Source: Promethearchaeati archaeon (lineage in GTDB: Archaea > Asgardarchaeota > Heimdallarchaeia > Heimdallarchaeales > Heimdallarchaeaceae). From it: DNA of 46,671 nucleotides. The position numbers were made by a program, and so were the translations under genes. Of this stretch, positions 45,271 through 46,671 are shown piece by piece (position 1 is the first letter of the stretch; every line of letters starts with the position of its first letter). The stretch spans positions 1 through 46,671 of the forward strand of contig JABLTJ010000028.1 of NCBI GenBank assembly GCA_013166775.1, given 5' to 3'. The notes below the pieces were generated by a model that did no database searches, was not told the origin of the DNA, and was given only the letters and a program-made list of their open reading frames with translations.

Positions 45271-46449
45271 ATGAATAAAAGAGGACTAATTTTAATTTTC
45301 CTTTTTGTAATAGCAAGCGTAGGTGCACTAGCACCTGCTTATGCCGCTGAAAATAGTACTAACACTGTCAATCTAACATTCGACCCACCTCATAATTTAG
45401 TTAAAGGTGAAGTTTTTGTTGAACTTGGAATGGAAAGACATTATGATAGTGATACTGAAACAGATGACATCTCCTTCTGGTTCTACTTTGACTGTGCTAT
45501 ATCCGCATGGAGTGGTTATGCTCCTGGAATTCTTGGATATGGTTGGCAGATGGAGTATTGGTATTGGGATGTACCCAACACAGATCCAGAACTACCACTT
45601 TACAACGAAACCAGATTTGCTGGACAATTGAATGTAATGTTAGATGATTACAGTCTAGGGTTGAGTAATGCTGATTGGAGTGCAGTCGAAATCAATAACT
45701 TTCAAGCTATCACAATAGAACTTGAAACAGGTTGGCACTATCTTACAGTGGTTGCTGGAGAACTTGTCTCTGATAGCGATCATGAAGAATTCGAATATCA
45801 ATTCGCAAAAGATCAAATCAGATTTTACGTAGGCAGGAAAGGCGAAGCTCCCAGTGCATACTTTGAAGAAGCTCCTTATAACACAGCTAACTTTATAGCT
45901 ACACCCACACTAGCAGCAGATATGGGACAAGGCTTTAATTACAGCAATACCGCAGAAATAAGAGTACTAGTTGAACCATCTGCAGTACCAGATGTATCAG
46001 TAGCACTAGGAACGGAAAACAAACCCGTTGTCGTAGATGTGGAAGCATTATATAATTCTTCAACAGGCGACTTAACCATATTCGATAGTAATGGTTATGG
46101 ACCTTTAGATCTATTTGAACCTGGAGCATCAGGACCGTCAAATATTTCATGGATTATTAATGATGGACCACTAATCTTTGGCACTGAAGGAGTGCTTGAT
46201 AAAGGCGTTAACTATGTATACTGTGTAGTATTTGGAATAGCTCCCGATCCATACTCAGTAGGATGGTTGGGTAGCCGAGTGGAAGCAGAATACAGTGGAT
46301 TAGTAGGAATACCAAGTGTGTACATTGACACAGCAATATTCATACTAACTGTAGGAATAGTTGAAGCAGGTCCAAACTTCGGCATATTTATAAGTGTCTC
46401 AATGCTCGGGCTAGTAACCGCATTATTCGTAATGCGAAGAAGAAAATAA
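45271..46449 (+). CDS. Secreted acidic surface protein with C-terminal sorting-signal-like anchor
   Basis: Signal peptide MNKRGLILIFLFVIASVGALAPAYA; C-terminus GPNFG + TM + RRRK. Confidence 0.78.
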   Translation: MNKRGLILIFLFVIASVGALAPAYAAENSTNTVNLTFDPPHNLVKGEVFVELGMERHYDSDTETDDISFWFYFDCAISAWSGYAPGILGYGWQMEYWYWDVPNTDPELPLYNETRFAGQLNVMLDDYSLGLSNADWSAVEINNFQAITIELETGWHYLTVVAGELVSDSDHEEFEYQFAKDQIRFYVGRKGEAPSAYFEEAPYNTANFIATPTLAADMGQGFNYSNTAEIRVLVEPSAVPDVSVALGTENKPVVVDVEALYNSSTGDLTIFDSNGYGPLDLFEPGASGPSNISWIINDGPLIFGTEGVLDKGVNYVYCVVFGIAPDPYSVGWLGSRVEAEYSGLVGIPSVYIDTAIFILTVGIVEAGPNFGIFISVSMLGLVTALFVMRRRK

Positions 46450-46463
46450 TAAGGTGATCTTAA

Positions 46464-46671
46464 ATGAAAAAGAAAACAGCGATTATCGCTCTTCTTATTC
46501 TAACTAGCTTTGTAGTTAGTAGTGCAGTAATGCCTACAACAAAAGGACAAACCGTCTTAGCAAACCTTGTTTTCAAAACCAATGGTGGAGGAACAAGACC
46601 TGACTATGGTCTTTTCGTCGCCCAATATCTTAGAGATATAGGTATTGATCTTGAGGTTAAAGTTGAAGAAT
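46464..46671 (+). CDS. Partial (runs off the window): probable ABC-transporter family-5 (peptide/nickel) substrate-binding protein
   Basis: Not in the ORF track. AGGTGA SD and ATG at 46464 give MKKKTAIIALLILTSFVVSSAVMPTTKGQTVLANLVFKTNGGGTRPDYGLFVAQYLRDIGIDLEVKVEE; the final motif resembles the SBP5 'Q.L..IGI.V.I' segment. Confidence 0.6.
   Translation, partial: MKKKTAIIALLILTSFVVSSAVMPTTKGQTVLANLVFKTNGGGTRPDYGLFVAQYLRDIGIDLEVKVEE

Noticed and set aside
1-46671. rRNA, tRNA, CRISPR arrays, IS elements, inteins, Sec/Pyl readthrough
   Set aside because: Intergenic gaps are short and AT-rich with no GC-rich structured segments. Conserved proteins have normal lengths, and I saw no in-frame stop splitting a domain. 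Small ncRNAs cannot be excluded by eye.

Overview
AT-rich, gene-dense archaeal DNA with GGTGA/GGAGG Shine-Dalgarno motifs, frequent TTG/GTG starts and TATA-like promoters. The gene content (Rab-like small GTPase, a divergent stand-alone EF-2, Ig-rich surface proteins with TM plus basic tails, F420 genes) points to an Asgard archaeon, probably Heimdallarchaeia; this is inferred, not searched. About 22 kb holds two co-oriented, paralogous membrane operons with the same core order (DUF4129-like, DUF4350-like, MoxR AAA+, DUF58/vWA, polytopic protein with an acidic tail), separated by an inverted thyX. Operon A is headed by a PrsW-type intramembrane protease carrying zinc ribbons. Operon B is headed by a transglutaminase-fold protein whose catalytic triad appears replaced, followed by a 1224-aa Ig-repeat surface protein. 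This twin module is my best candidate for an undescribed system. Other points of interest: a CBS + HPF-like putative ribosome hibernation factor, an EF-2 paralog with altered diphthamide loop and GELH motif, F420 genes (FpoF/FrhB-like, cofE, arfC/rib7, cofG, cofH) with a coupled amidohydrolase that fits the pathway's deaminase step, a probable ATT start codon for thyX, a Rab-like GTPase with a C-terminal coiled coil, and a possibly circularly permuted family-5 solute-binding protein at the right edge. I saw no rRNA, tRNA, CRISPR array, transposase or integrase. All domain calls come from motif recognition by eye.
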